A DNA stretch of 64,000 nucleotides from Catajapyx aquilonaris (lineage: Eukaryota). Shown piece by piece: positions 51,769-64,000 of the stretch. Under the pieces are notes generated by a model. It ran no database searches. It had not been told where the DNA came from and saw only the letters and a program-made list of their open reading frames with translations. The translations under genes and the position numbers were made by a program. The stretch's first letter is position 1. Every line of letters begins with the position of its first letter. Location: positions 1 through 64,000 of the forward strand of contig KZ538177.1 of the NCBI GenBank assembly GCA_000934665.2, in the 5' to 3' direction.

Positions 51769-51929
51769 GAGAGGAAAGACTGGTATCTCTCTTAGTCTGT
51801 CTCCTATCCCAAAGACCTGTCCGGCATGGGTGACCCTGCCAGTAAACGAAGCTACCGCCGGCATAGCTCTTGGGGTCATTGGAGAAACGCAAGCCCACCA
51901 CCACGGCAAGGTGGAGATACATAGGGGGG
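51769..51929 (-). mobile_element. Diverged copy of the structured head joined to a different downstream sequence
   Basis: Aligns to 42338-42500 with about a dozen differences. It continues (51768->~51640) into sequence unrelated to the SINE tail. Confidence 0.85.
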
Positions 51930-53259
51930 AGGGGGATTTTAAAAAAATTGGGATAAAAAAAATGGGGAGAAGTGCAAAATTTTGAACAATTTATAGGCCT
52001 TTTTGAGCATATGACAGCGAACGAAAACCACCAAGATTCTCTACAGCTGAAACTGCAGGGAGAATAAATCACAAAGTCAGTGTGCAAAATAAAGGACAAC
52101 TTCAAAAATTTGAGATGCAAAGGACACCATACCTTTGCAACAATTTCTGTACAGGTAAATCTGTACACGTGTACAAAAAAAATTCAAGCAAATACCAGAC
52201 CAGAGAATACAAAAAGACATCACATCTTCCTTCTAAAGCACGACCACTGTCAGCGAGGGAACACACACAGGCCACGTAAACATTTTGAATAGGGAAGTGA
52301 TGAACGTAAAAAGGACTCAATTACCTGAGTGCCTCTTTGTACACAATGTTTCGTGTCTTACTCGTGGTAGGTGTGAGAATGTAGAGGTTGTTTCTAGAGC
52401 TGACTCTGGAGCACGCTACGTAAAACTGGCCATGTGCGAAGACGAAGACAAAAAAAGGGAGAAAAAGACCAAGAGAAAAAATGCAGCACACATTCACCAA
52501 CTTTATGAACTGCAAAAACAGTCATTGGAATCCAGACTTCAATATATTTATTCCTGAACTGGTATAACAAATCACGCCGGCAGCTAAGCCCAGTTTCGCA
52601 CCGCTCGCCCTGCTGCTTAGTATAAATTAATTATCATACTATTTTTATCTAGAGGGTTCAAAACACCCCCTGTATTATTATTATTATTATTATTATTAGT
52701 TATGTTTTTATTATTATTAGTATTAATTAGTAGTACGGTGGTGGTAGTGGTAGTAGTGTTTTAATTATTATTAATTACCATACTCGGTGTGGGGGAGAAC
52801 AAATTGCTTGTTGCTACATGAAAATTGGAACAATAAAATAAGGGTGTAGCCGCTGTATAAAGAAATGTAATAATTAGTGCTCTTGGCTTCCCCCTCCCTC
52901 AGCTTCGACTCCCCCGGCCTTCACCAACCTGTCCCCTTTCCCTCTGCCACCTTCCCGGCTCCAGATGATCCCTAGGAGGCGGAAATATGGCCGGATTCTT
53001 TGACTCGAACAAAAATTGCGAAACGAACGGAAGCCATCTTTGGAACGAAAGAGAGAGAGGAAAGTATCGATACGATGAGGGTGACGTCACGTATCGATAT
53101 TTTTTTTTGAATTCTTTGTAACGATCCGCTCCAATGGCATGGCGGTAAAATATAAAAAAATAATAATTTGTAAAATGCGATATTAAATATTTTACATTAC
53201 ATTTATTTACACATTTTAACAAACAATATGTTTGCTCTTTGTTACGGTCCATACATCAC

Positions 53260-53532
53260 TTACTTTGTGGAGGTACCGTTATGCCTGCACAAACAGTACA
53301 GCCTGAGCACAGCGTGACGGATGCAGACCGACTGATCTCCGTACATGTTGATCCGGTTCACATCACCATGCACGTAATAAGTCTTGTTGTTTGAGTTTTC
53401 CTTGTGAAGAAGGGCTTCCAGCAGGGCACCATTGGGCGCTGTCTCTACCACCACTCGCAGACTGCTGTCATCTGAGCTGGGCTCTTCGGAGACTGATCTG
53501 TTTGGCAACACAACAGCAGCACTGACCACTCT
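53260..53532 (-). CDS. DUF229 gene coding exon 4
   Basis: 121-bp intron; acceptor TTTCAG|AGA. Ends YCLCRHNGTSTK*. Confidence 0.88.
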   Translation of the reverse strand, partial: RVVSAAVVLPNRSVSEEPSSDDSSLRVVVETAPNGALLEALLHKENSNNKTYYVHGDVNRINMYGDQSVCIRHAVLRLYCLCRHNGTSTK

Positions 53533-56394
53533 CTGAAACGTATCAGCAACGTTGGGTTATTAACATGTGGGTTCACACGTTGCCTTAGGTCGTTGTTGTT
53601 GTGATAGACCAATCAGTGGATCTCAACCGGAACGACCAACCAGCAATCCTCACCGTCAGTCGCAGCATGTGACACATGTTGAAGACCGGCTTCAGCAGTC
53701 CATTCACATGTTGAACCAGTGCTTGAGCAGCTACCAGCACATCTGCGTTCCCCCCTTCATTGACCGGTCGTTCATCTACGCACACACAATACTCCGGAAG
53801 CACACCGGCCTGGTAGCAGGTCCGGTCCTCAGGCACCAGCTGCCTCCAAAGAGACATACCATGGCGTGGAGGCCTGCCCAGAAACCCGTCCTCCCACATG
53901 TCCAGGTTCACATCCAGTAACATCTCGTGTACGTCGAACCAGCTGGTCAGTCTGTAGGAATTGTCTCGGAGATTGCGGTACAGGTATGGGTATTTGGCGT
54001 CTAACCATGCCGGAAGAACCATGGAAAAGAATGGCATGCGCTCTTCCAGGCGGCCGTACATAGTGGACCTGATGCTGTCGAACCTGTAAATTCAATATGG
54101 TGTACATGCTACAAATCATTACACAACTTTTGTGCGGTACCTGTTTCCGTGGTCGCCCATGACAATCACAATGGTATTATTCAGCACACCTCCTTCCACA
54201 TGTTCCTTCAGAAACTGGAACACATCGTTATCAATCAGTTGCGCACTGTTTATGTCCCCGTGCGTAATCTCCGAAATGAAGGAGAATGCAAAGTACGGGA
54301 TGTCCACATGCGTTTTAAGAAACTGTCTAGAGTATCGTAAAATCATATTGTGCATGGCCTCACTTCCGAAGCAATAGTCTCTGCTCTTCTTGAACAACTG
54401 GGTCTCTTCCATCGCCAACCAAAACGGTCGCATGTAATAGTCCACTGGGGTGTGGATGAACCCTTTTGTTGGGTAATTGAAAAGTGCGTATTTGGGCATA
54501 TCCTCCGCGTACAGTGTGAGGTATCCGACCTTCCTGAACGAGTACCAGAGAAGTGGCATGCCGTCCATGGTCATCGTCTCAAACTTACTCCTGGGCCATG
54601 GAAACTCGTGGAACATGTCGTGGTCCGACACCCGGAGTCCGGTCAGAAGTGGAATTATGTTGGGGAATGTGTTGTCCCCAACTTTGGTCAATCCTTTCAT
54701 CACCACGGCTCCTAAATCATGCGTTAGGTACCTGTAAGTCTGGTTCATCTGACGGATAAAGTTTTGCTGGGACATGGAGTCTATGGACAGTACGAATATG
54801 CTTGGTTGTGTTGCAGGCAATCGTGAAGTCCGGCTGCGATTGGAGTTCATTTTGGGGTAAATATGTACGTTTTCATACACCAGCTTTTTCTTGCGCTTGC
54901 ATTTCACGAGGCAAGTGTCAGTGGACAGGTACTGAGAGTTGCTCAGCTCCTGTAAAGTGTAATTTGACATGACAGGTCTGAGCAAAGGATAGTGAGAAAA
55001 GAAAGCGAGCCCCCAAGTCCACCTGGTATTAATCAAGTCCCTCGCTCCGGGGGTCAAGTTGGGGGTAGATAGGGTTGGAAGCGGGTTGGCAGGAGGACGC
55101 GGGGTCATTGCCATATGTACTGAAGCAATAATAATTACAATCCCATAAATATATTAATTTACAACTTGTTATAATTCAATCTTCATTTCTAACTATATTA
55201 AAATTTAAATTACTGTATATACTGTAATATTAGTTGTGATTCCGATCATGCAGGTCTTCATGCTCTGATGATAATTCTCACAATGTTACTATTGCTGTGT
55301 TCAAGGCTGTCAACTTTATTCATATCCTTCACACTTCGTCGCCTCCTTTATCATTCAGCAAGTGGTTTTGTATTGCGCACATGCAAATCCACGCATTCAT
55401 GTTATGCTGATAAAAGTACTGTACATGAAAAACACTTCATTACCGGTATACGTATATTGGGTTACATGCTATATTAGTAGAGAGAGCACACTCTTAGTAG
55501 TATCAATGATTCCTAATGTATTACCCTCATTAGTGCAAATATGAAGTCTGTTAACACTATAGCCTAACAGCAGCATTAGGCCTACTCATAAAATTTTTAC
55601 ACCGCAACAACAATGAAGTTTCACTTGCAATAAACGAACAACATCCGCGACTGTAAATAGATGTTGGTAGAAACGCTGCAATGGACACCGTTGTGCTCAT
55701 TGTAATCCTTGCGGATGAAGATTGACATCCGCATCCGTCTTTCGCATTGCATCATTTGAATGACATAATATGATTTCATACATCCACGTCTTTAAACACG
55801 GATGATGACGCTGAGTAATGAGCACGGCATCATGTATATTAGTGCATGTATTTTTTTTTTTGCTCATACTCATTACACCTTCAGATCTACGTCACTATTG
55901 TTGTTATCATAAGAAGTCCACACATGGCAACAATTGGGAGGCAACTTTGAACCTACCTTAGGCGACCCGTAGGCCAACTTGTTGTCATTTTCCAACCAAA
56001 CATCGTAGTACACACACTTGACTCCTGGATACTTCTTTTTCAATATTCTAAACGCCGTTTTGTCCACTCTCAGGACACCATCTTCATCCAGAAGAGTGAG
56101 CTCAAGGTGGTTCCCACTACATCGAAGGGGACGAGCTTTATGTACATACTCCTGGATACTTTTGTCAAACGGGTCCAGATGAGGAAGGACACATCCCAAT
56201 TTTTCCGATGTGGCTGAAATGTTGGCCAAGTGACGAAGGTCGACATGCCCGACCCTGGATACCATGTGCACCAATTTATCATAGGATGTCGTATGCATCC
56301 AGTAGCATGAATAGAGCAAGATAGCAGATACTACTAGGAGTAAGAGGCGTAGCTTGCCTTGCGGTTTTCCAATCAGTCTGTCTGGTTTTAACAT
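53260..56394 (-). CDS. DUF229-family protein (alkaline phosphatase/sulfatase superfamily, predicted type II membrane protein), 649 aa, 4 coding exons
   Basis: Exons 56394-55957, 54949-54141, 54083-53654 and 53532-53260 join in frame (1950 nt) at GT-AG junctions. N-terminal hydrophobic anchor LLLLVVSAILLY. Motifs C.LP.LDPFD, SIDSMS, KVGDNTFPN, YAED, P.DYY.RP, GDHG.RF, LEER.P, RTC..AG...YC.C, RIN.YG.QS.C..YC.C. Confidence 0.93.
53654..54083 (-). CDS. DUF229 gene coding exon 3
   Basis: 57-bp intron; acceptor TTACAG|G restores GDHGNRFDSIR. Donor ACG|GTGAGG. Confidence 0.9.
54141..54949 (-). CDS. DUF229 gene coding exon 2
   Basis: Acceptor TTACAG|GAG. Donor AG|GTACCG, phase 2. Confidence 0.9.
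55957..56394 (-). CDS. DUF229 gene coding exon 1
   Basis: ATG at 56394, downstream of an acceptor near 56425 (suggests an upstream non-coding exon). Donor AAG|GTAGGT, phase 0. Confidence 0.85.
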
Positions 56395-56803
56395 CTTGGG
56401 AGTGCGGTCAGACAACTGGCGAGTCTAATACACAAGGAAAATGACGGAGGAAAAAATCTGCAATAATGCAATGAAGTCAGCCGCCATATCTGTTGGCAAC
56501 AGACGAAAACTCACACCTCCGCAGCTTCCACCATAATTCCGCATACAACACTTGAAGTTAATCCATACTCCAACATGTCACCCACATTTTTTTAAAAATA
56601 ATTAAAGAATATAGCTGGCTATAGTGTTACCTCTCGTCCGGAGCTTGCCTTACTGTGTGTGTCACTCGGCCGACTCACACTGACCAGAATCGGATAGCGT
56701 GATGTCGCTTGGTACGATAGTGGACCTACCATGGAACAAAATCCGCATTCTTCCTGCTACTAACCTAGATAACTTTTAATGAGCAGGTCTGGATGTAATT
56801 AAC

Positions 56804-56890
<87 letters not shown>

Positions 56891-56927
56891 AATAATAATA
56901 ATGATGATAATGATAATAATAATAATG

Positions 56928-56997
<70 letters not shown>
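56804..56997. repeat. (AAT)n microsatellite, ~195 bp with a few GAT variants
   Basis: Direct reading of the sequence. Confidence 0.97.
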
Positions 56998-56998
<1 letters not shown>

Positions 56999-57876
56999 TA
57001 GGTTTAGGTGAAATATGCCTATTACCAGTTGTCCCCTATATGATTGATGTTTCATACCGGAAGATAAGAGTCTTCATATAAATATTCAGAGTCATGACCA
57101 AGATCATTGCATGATACTACTGATGTAGTAAGCTAAATTTTTCTTCCATAAAGCAATTAATATTCGCGATGTCAATAAATCATGCATTCATTGTGGAATG
57201 TATCCTACTCTTGTTCCTTGCAAAGATTGAATGACATAATATGATTGTTGTCGACATTATTATACAAGGTGAGCTGAGTTGAATTATTACCAGCCTGAAT
57301 TATTATTAAGTTCCGAGTTTAGATCACCGGATCATGCAGTCAGAACTAGTACAAAAACATGCACTCAGCAATTAAAGCCCAAACCACAGAAGTTATTATC
57401 CTGCTAGATAATATCTGCATCATGTACCGGCACTTCCTAAATACATGCAGCGTGATTACAGTTTTTTTTTTAATGGGATGGGTGCATGTTGACAGATGAA
57501 AGGGAGTGAAATGACAAGGCCATCAAACAAACGGGTCTACCTGGTTGAATATGACAGGACTGCTTCTCAAAAAGTTGCAACCTAATTTAGGCATACAATG
57601 CTCAGTGCCTCGCATGGGAAATGTCATGCGTTCCAGATGCAGAATACCATGGCATATAGATGAGACTTTGCATAGTGAGTAGAATATATAATTACTACGG
57701 TATTGTCATTAATATATTGAGGATGTCTCGGCATAGTAAGTACTTCCATAATAATAATGGCCTGTGTATTCGGCTAAAACAGACCATGGTTATAACAGAC
57801 TGATATCCTCAGTGCATTGAAGTATGTTGTATCCGGATACAGTTGTAAATAAAATTACTAGAAATAATAATAAATA

Positions 57877-58039
57877 GAATTACTGAAAATATTACTGAAA
57901 ATAGAAATATTGAAAATATTACTGAAAATAAAAATAAAAATATTACTGAAAATATTACTGAAAATTAAAATTTAAAAAATATTACTGATATATTACTCGA
58001 AAAATTACTGATAATATAACTGGAAAAAATACTGATAAT
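57877..58039. repeat. Degenerate ~12-bp minisatellite (AAAATATTACTG)
   Basis: Repeated AAAATATTACTG variants. The repeat resumes at 60213-60235 after the P-type insertion. Confidence 0.8.
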
Positions 58040-60212
58040 CAAGGTGTATAAATGGGTTAGGTGGCGCCGGTAACAAATTTTTGACCTACTGCGCAGATCG
58101 GCCTCCTCCTCCTTCGTTGAAGTAGTAGTTATGACTTATCACTACACTCTTCTTGAGATGCTTTCTTACAGTTGTGAATGATTCAAGGTTAAACTGGTTT
58201 CCATTCTTGTGTAGGTTCGACAACTTGTCAGTGGCAGGGTGCACAGGGGTGCGATTATGATGCAAGGTGAGCCACAGAGGGAACCTACAGTGGGAACAAC
58301 GCCCACTTACTAACACTGGGTCACCATGGGGTTTACAAAGTAAGATTCGAAGTATTGAACCCTGCTTTTTCTGCTGCAGCCGTTGGCCAGGTACCAGCCA
58401 ACACTGGTCCAGCAGTTGTATGCACTGTGGATCCACTAGTGCACTAGTGCAGGGCAGGGCAGGGCAGACTTCTGTATGTTCAAAACATTTCTGCTGAAGT
58501 GACTGAGGTAAAAGTATGCTGACAAAATAATAGAAATGGAATGAGCCTGGCATAGGCCTATGATAATTTTTTAAAAAAATTAGTACGAGGTGTTGGAGTT
58601 CTTCAACCAGCAGATGCACCATTCAGGCGTAGCCACTCAATCCACTGCAACAGACAATAATTTATGTTTTGAACATACAGTACCGAAGTCTGCCCTGCCC
58701 TGCATTAGTAGATCCCACAGTGCATACAACTGCTGGACCAGTGTTGGCTGATACCTGGCCAACGGCTGCAGCAGAAAAAGCAGGGTTCAATACTTCGAAT
58801 CTTACTTTGTAAACCCCATGGTGACCCAGTGTTAGTAAGTGGGACTTGTTCCCACTCTAGGTTCCCTCTGTGGCTCACCTTGCATAATCGCACCCCTGTG
58901 CACCCTGCCACTCACAAGTTGTCGAACCTACACAAGAATGGAAACCAGTTTAAGCTCTTGGTTGAACCTTGAATCATTCACTACTGTAAGAAAGCATCTC
59001 AAGAAGAGTGTAATGATAAGTCATAACTACTACTTCAACAAAGGAGGAGGTGGAAGAAGAAATCTAAACCCTCCAATTTCAAATTAATAGTAAAGGATAG
59101 TAAAAAGGGTGTTGGAAGCAGCCCAAATCCTATAGTTATTATTGGGCTCACAATACAGGGGTCGAAATATTTGGATGCAAAGGTGCTATTTGCACTCCAA
59201 AATATTATTATTGTTATTGTTACTTTGAAGTCTGCACTCCAAACTGAGCCTTGGAATGCAAAGTATGCACTCGAGTTGGTCCTGCTTTTTAACATTCCTC
59301 TCAACCCCTCTCAGTCTCAACCCAAACACTTGAGCAGCGCGCCTTGCGGGGTCCCTTATTTGGCCTCCAGCGCCGCCAGGCGGAAGAAAAGTTAACTTCA
59401 CGGCTGTCGACAGAAAGGATACCGGCCGATCGGCAATAGGCTTGTATGAATTCTACGGTGCAGACTCAATACTAAGAGGTATGAAAATTACTTTCGGCAT
59501 ATTTCACATGCCAATGTCTTCTCACCTGTGTCAAGTATCCTCTGTGTCAATGGTGGGTCAATGATCTGGAGACAGTCGTCACAAAGGTAAGCCATGGTAA
59601 AAATGTTCAAACTTATAATGATAGGCCTACACTAATGTCAGTCGATATATGAACTGCTTTTCGCAAGCTAAGCACTGAAATTTCAGGAGACTAAATCGTC
59701 TTGCCGAAAGTTCCCTCATTTCCTCGTCTGGAACATGAATGGACGGTGTTTGATGTTCGGTTGGAGTTTTTTGCTTACCTAAGAATATAGGCATATTATA
59801 AGAATGTTATATGTTAGTTGTGTTATATAAGAATGTTATAAGTTAGGAAAATTATTCCATAGACAGTTTAAAGAGGGTATATTTCATATAGGACAATCCA
59901 TTTTTATACATCTGCAATACGTTAAAAAAGTGTAATTTTAGGACGACACAATAATGTGGTCATATCAGGCAGTTCGAGAGTAGAGAGTAGCAATAATTAC
60001 TTTCAACTATACTTAGAGCTATGCAATACCTTCGAATTATTAGGAAACAAATGCGAATAAACAGACAATGCCATAGGAACATTGTTGTAAACCATGCCAT
60101 GAAAATAGTCTAAAAAAAACCATGCTCAAAGCTACCCCTATTTCCCCAACACTTATAATGTCGACAGAAAGGATACCGGCCTACCGGAGCCACCTAACCT
60201 CTATACACCTTG
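58040..60212. mobile_element. Non-autonomous P-element-superfamily transposon (2173 bp)
   Basis: TIRs CAAGGTGTATA..GGTTAGGTGGC.CCGGTA / TACCGGAGCCACCTAACCTCTATACACCTTG. 8-bp TSD CTGATAAT at 58032-58039 and 60213-60220. Confidence 0.88.
58102..59053. repeat. Long internal inverted repeat (~390-bp arms, 175-bp spacer)
   Basis: 58102-58488 is a highly similar reverse complement of 58664-59053, with a few substitutions and small indels. Confidence 0.93.
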
Positions 60213-61259
60213 CTGATAATATTACTGAAAATAAAAATAATAAATTAAAATGAAACTGTAAGAAATAAAATAAAGGGTAACTAATGAATAAAAATATATG
60301 CATAGCAAGGAGTAAGAATAACTAACAATAACTTCTTAAAAACAAGCCAAGTTTCAAACTTGGCGCTCCTTATTATGTTGGCACCACTGTCTGTTTTCCA
60401 GGGCGGGGCACATCCGGGGTTCGCCCGCCGCGTGTGTTGGCACCCCTGCTCTTTTTTTTCCCTTCTCTCTCCCAAAATGGCTTCCGTTCTTTGTTTGTCT
60501 CTCCGCCGGGTGTGGTCCTCACAAATCCGGTCTTTTCGAGGGGAAAGAGGGACCATCTGGTCCGGGGAGTGGGACGGACGGACGGAGGAGGTGCAGGGGA
60601 GGCAGGAACCGGTCGAAGATGAGGGGGGATACCCGCGGACTGGGCTGCCCGGGATTGCTCCCAAGGTGTAATGGAAGAGGATTCGAACGTTCGTTGATGG
60701 TACAAGGGCTTGTGGGTACAAAAGGTCGGGTCATGAGCAGCTCAATGTAGAATTTTATTGCAGGGTGTTTTCTTCACATACTAATGAGGTTGGATTTGCT
60801 TTACAAGATATGTGCTTATTCCATTAATTTTTACTATGCACATGAGCAGTAATGTTCAAATTATTATTATTATTTTTTTCACCACATCAAGTGAAGAACG
60901 AAGCTTACAGTCTTGTAGGTTTTCCTGAAATTTCATCTGCCACTTCTTGAAATCTTGGTGACTAGTTCAACGGGATGTGTCGCTATACGTATTTTAAAAG
61001 ACTCATCATATGAAAATATTGGTTGTTCATAAGGGATCGACATGACAACATTGATATATTTATTGAAAATGGTATCAGAAATTGTATTGAATAATTAACA
61101 GCAGTAATTTAAAATGTTAACAATAATATTTAAACGAAACGTTTAAACAGTTCAGACCTCATAGGCAAGTTGAAGCATGAAATAACAAAGGAAATTCATG
61201 GAACTTACATTGCTCCCATCACCTCGAGAAGAAAGCACAGGCATTGGTAGCCTATATCT

Positions 61260-63062
61260 TATGTTCTGCAAGATGGCTGATGTGCTCAGAGCTGCACTTA
61301 CAATATAGCCTCCGTCAACTAGAAGTTCTGCAAGTACTAGAAGTTCTGCAAGTACAGTTCAACGATAGTTTAGGTCTCGCGCTTCTTTCTGTGGTGTCGT
61401 TCATATATTCTTCTTCTTCTTCAAGACTTGGTTCTTCCACACACGACTGTTCTTGTTCACGGGTGCACTTGTCGTGGGTGGTGTTCCTGTCAATGTTGAC
61501 GTGCCGTAGCATGTGCCTATGTTGGTGAATCGCTTACGGCAGGTTACTGCTGCAAGTGTGTCTAGGGCATCAAGGACACATTCCTTATAAGCAAAATAGA
61601 CTGTGTTGACTTCATCCTCCATAGAAACCAATGGTGCGAATTTTCATATAGATACACAGTATTCCTCCTGGAGATGATTACCCATCGAAATATTTTCAGA
61701 AAGTAAAAAATGGAAATTGAGACCATGTGATAGGTACGACACCTGATACTGACGACAAAAAATTCTCACAGCATGTTCTTCCATATTGTACATGTGCTGC
61801 ATTCGAGACGCTTTCAACAAATATATTAGTTCATGATAATATGTGAAGAGTCGGCCAAATCTAACAGCTACATTATAAAAAAAGACAATGCGGAGATTAT
61901 GTCTCACATTTACAGGTATAAAAGGTCATGAAGTATAACATTTAATTGCTTGATATTGATTCGGTATGATAGGCCTTTTTCATCCTACAGGACAACTTGA
62001 TGGTCAGAAAAAGCCATAACGAACATCGGCATTCGACTTTAGCAGTTGTTTCAACAGTTTTAAGTGTTAATGATGTACTTAAGTGCGCTCCATTAGAGAG
62101 GATAGTGGGTGACGCGGAACCCCCTCTCATCAGCAGGGTGCAGGGAGGCCCATCTGCATTGACGTCTTACTATCTGGTTTTGTTATGTGTAGTGGATTTT
62201 TTTCCTACATGCCACGTACATGCCTTGTAAATTGGCTGTTTGACAGAGCAATATTGCCTCATATACAGTAGCCTCATCCTGGATATGCTTACCACGTCGA
62301 AATATTTCCAGAAAGTTTTTTTAAAAAAAACGGAAATTTAGGGACCGTGTGACAGGTATGACTCCTTCAACTGACATTTAAAATACTTACCCATTCTTCC
62401 TAATCTGACGATTCTCCGACCTTTCTGTGGGGCTTTTGTTCCCTATCCTATAGTATAGATACAGAGATATATGTTGGTAGTAGCGCTATCAAAATTTTTG
62501 ATTTTGCTATCAATGTCTATGTTATCACACATACGGTATAAAAATAACTAATGGAATGGTACCATTCTGGAAGGGTCATTGTGTTTTACAATACATAATA
62601 TGAAATAATTTTACACCAGGAATGCTTGTAACCTTCATGCATTACCTAAAACAGGTTCTTTCTTTTTTCCTTATAGGTCATGTCGCGTGGAAGCTGTTTA
62701 GTACAATTGAAAGATAGTGTTCAATGATCGTTCATAGACAGCCTAGTATTGTTACTTCATGAATGGTGCGCTATTTGTATCTGAATCAGTCATTATAGAG
62801 GTTAGAGTGTATACCAGCCGTCATATCCTCCACATGCGCTGTATTTGAGACACTTTCAACAACTAACTACGTATATAAGTTTATGATCTGCGAAGAGTGA
62901 GCCAAATCTAGCTGCTTCATTGTGAAGTAAATAGCCTTGCGTTGCTCCCATCACTATCAGAAAAGGTCTAGTCATTGGTACACATCATGTGTTGTGCAAG
63001 CTGCTTGATGTGCTCGTATATGGCCTTACAATATAGCCTCCTTCGACTGGCAGTTCTACAGG
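61260..63062. repeat. Degenerate tandem duplication of two blocks
   Basis: 61260-61335 matches 62987-63062. 61688-61745 matches 62300-62366. 61791-61875 matches 62832-62922. Confidence 0.7.
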
Positions 63063-64000
63063 CACAGCAATAGGGCTTAAGGTTTGGCTTGTCTCTCCTA
63101 TTCTCCCTTCTTATTATGGTGTTACCAGCTGTAGTAATATTATTTCAATAAGACATTCTTCAAGTCTGCTCCTCTCCATATAGGTGCACTATCCTTGCAT
63201 GGTGGTCAAAGCTTCTTCCAGGTCTGCAAACGTCAGGGACTGTGGCCGATGATGTGGTTCTTGATTAAGTAGCCTATGGCTGAAGGTTCCTAGTAGGACC
63301 AGTAGTTAGAGTGGTGTGGTCAAGGAACCATTGGGTCCCTCTGTGTGCTCTAGTCCGGTCTTCATGGCGGGAATGTACCAGGTGTGAGGACTGGCCAGTC
63401 TGTGTCAGGCTCCTCTTCTTCCGGGTAGGCTCCGGGTGTAAGGTCTTGTTGTGTTTCACCGAATGTGGAGTCGGCGAAAAAGGAAGGTAGTATGGCGATA
63501 ATATGTTGCCAACATCGTCCGCCAGATCACACTTACCTGAGACACCACTCGTCCCATTTTTTAAAGGAGTTTCCTACTCAACTCCGGTGGACAATACGGT
63601 TTGTGTACAAGTTGATTGCTTTACAATTTATCACATATTTTTTGAAGAAGAATATTGCTCTATGGGCATGGTACAGTACATATTTATGCTACATATAGTA
63701 CAATTCTGTCACAAGTTGTGTGACGTTATATGTATGTCCATTGGTGGTCGATCCTGTGATCTGACTGGATCTGACAGGGCAGGATGCTCACTTTCCCCGT
63801 AGAATTCCTGGTGGTGCAGCTGAATTTATTTGTTTAACTCTCGCAAGATATTGCAGTGGTACAATACAATGATTCTTACCAGGGAATTTTGTGGCACGTG
63901 GCCAGGATTGATTAGGTCTTTATTGGTCTTCCTTTGATACCTTTAGTATGAGGAGTTTGATCGTCTCCCAGTTAATCCATGTCATTTTTTTCCCATTCCT

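Noticed and set aside
53533..53653. Apparent frameshift/stop making the DUF229 gene a pseudogene
   Set aside because: Explained by a 121-bp GT-AG intron that restores the frame.
54950..55114. N-terminal 55 aa of the 331-aa ORF
   Set aside because: Intronic read-through upstream of the acceptor at 54950. The true upstream exon is 56394-55957.
56765..57055. Poly-Ile ORFs (also 2495-2701)
   Set aside because: These are translations of (AAT)n microsatellites.
60281..60734. Overlapping GC-rich ORFs
   Set aside because: Open in several frames owing to GC content, with no recognisable domain. Possibly a retroelement fragment.

Overview
This is eukaryotic, most likely insect or other arthropod, genomic DNA. 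It has GT-AG introns, (AAT)n microsatellites, an assembly gap and a tRNA-SINE of the type I recall from termites and cockroaches. It is dominated by repeats. Only one intact host gene is evident: a 4-coding-exon DUF229 (alkaline-phosphatase/sulfatase superfamily) gene on the minus strand, 56394->53260, 649 aa. The rest is transposon debris: Tc1/mariner, piggyBac-, Kolobok- and P-type non-autonomous elements, a decayed Helitron with nested insertions, two Harbinger transposase relics, a Gypsy protease relic, LINE fragments and several SINEs with clear target-site duplications (TSDs). These sit in a background made of more than 15 short modules that recur 2-6 times, always in the same orientation but in shuffled order. 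The most interesting signals are: (i) a young non-tRNA SINE whose 5' ~150 nt fold into a multi-helix RNA with pairing-preserving substitutions between copies, a candidate ribozyme or processing element; (ii) a covarying 3' double stem-loop shared by otherwise unrelated retroposons; (iii) a P-type element carrying a ~390-bp-arm internal hairpin; (iv) perfect palindromes. Family assignments come from recalled motifs, not from database searches.
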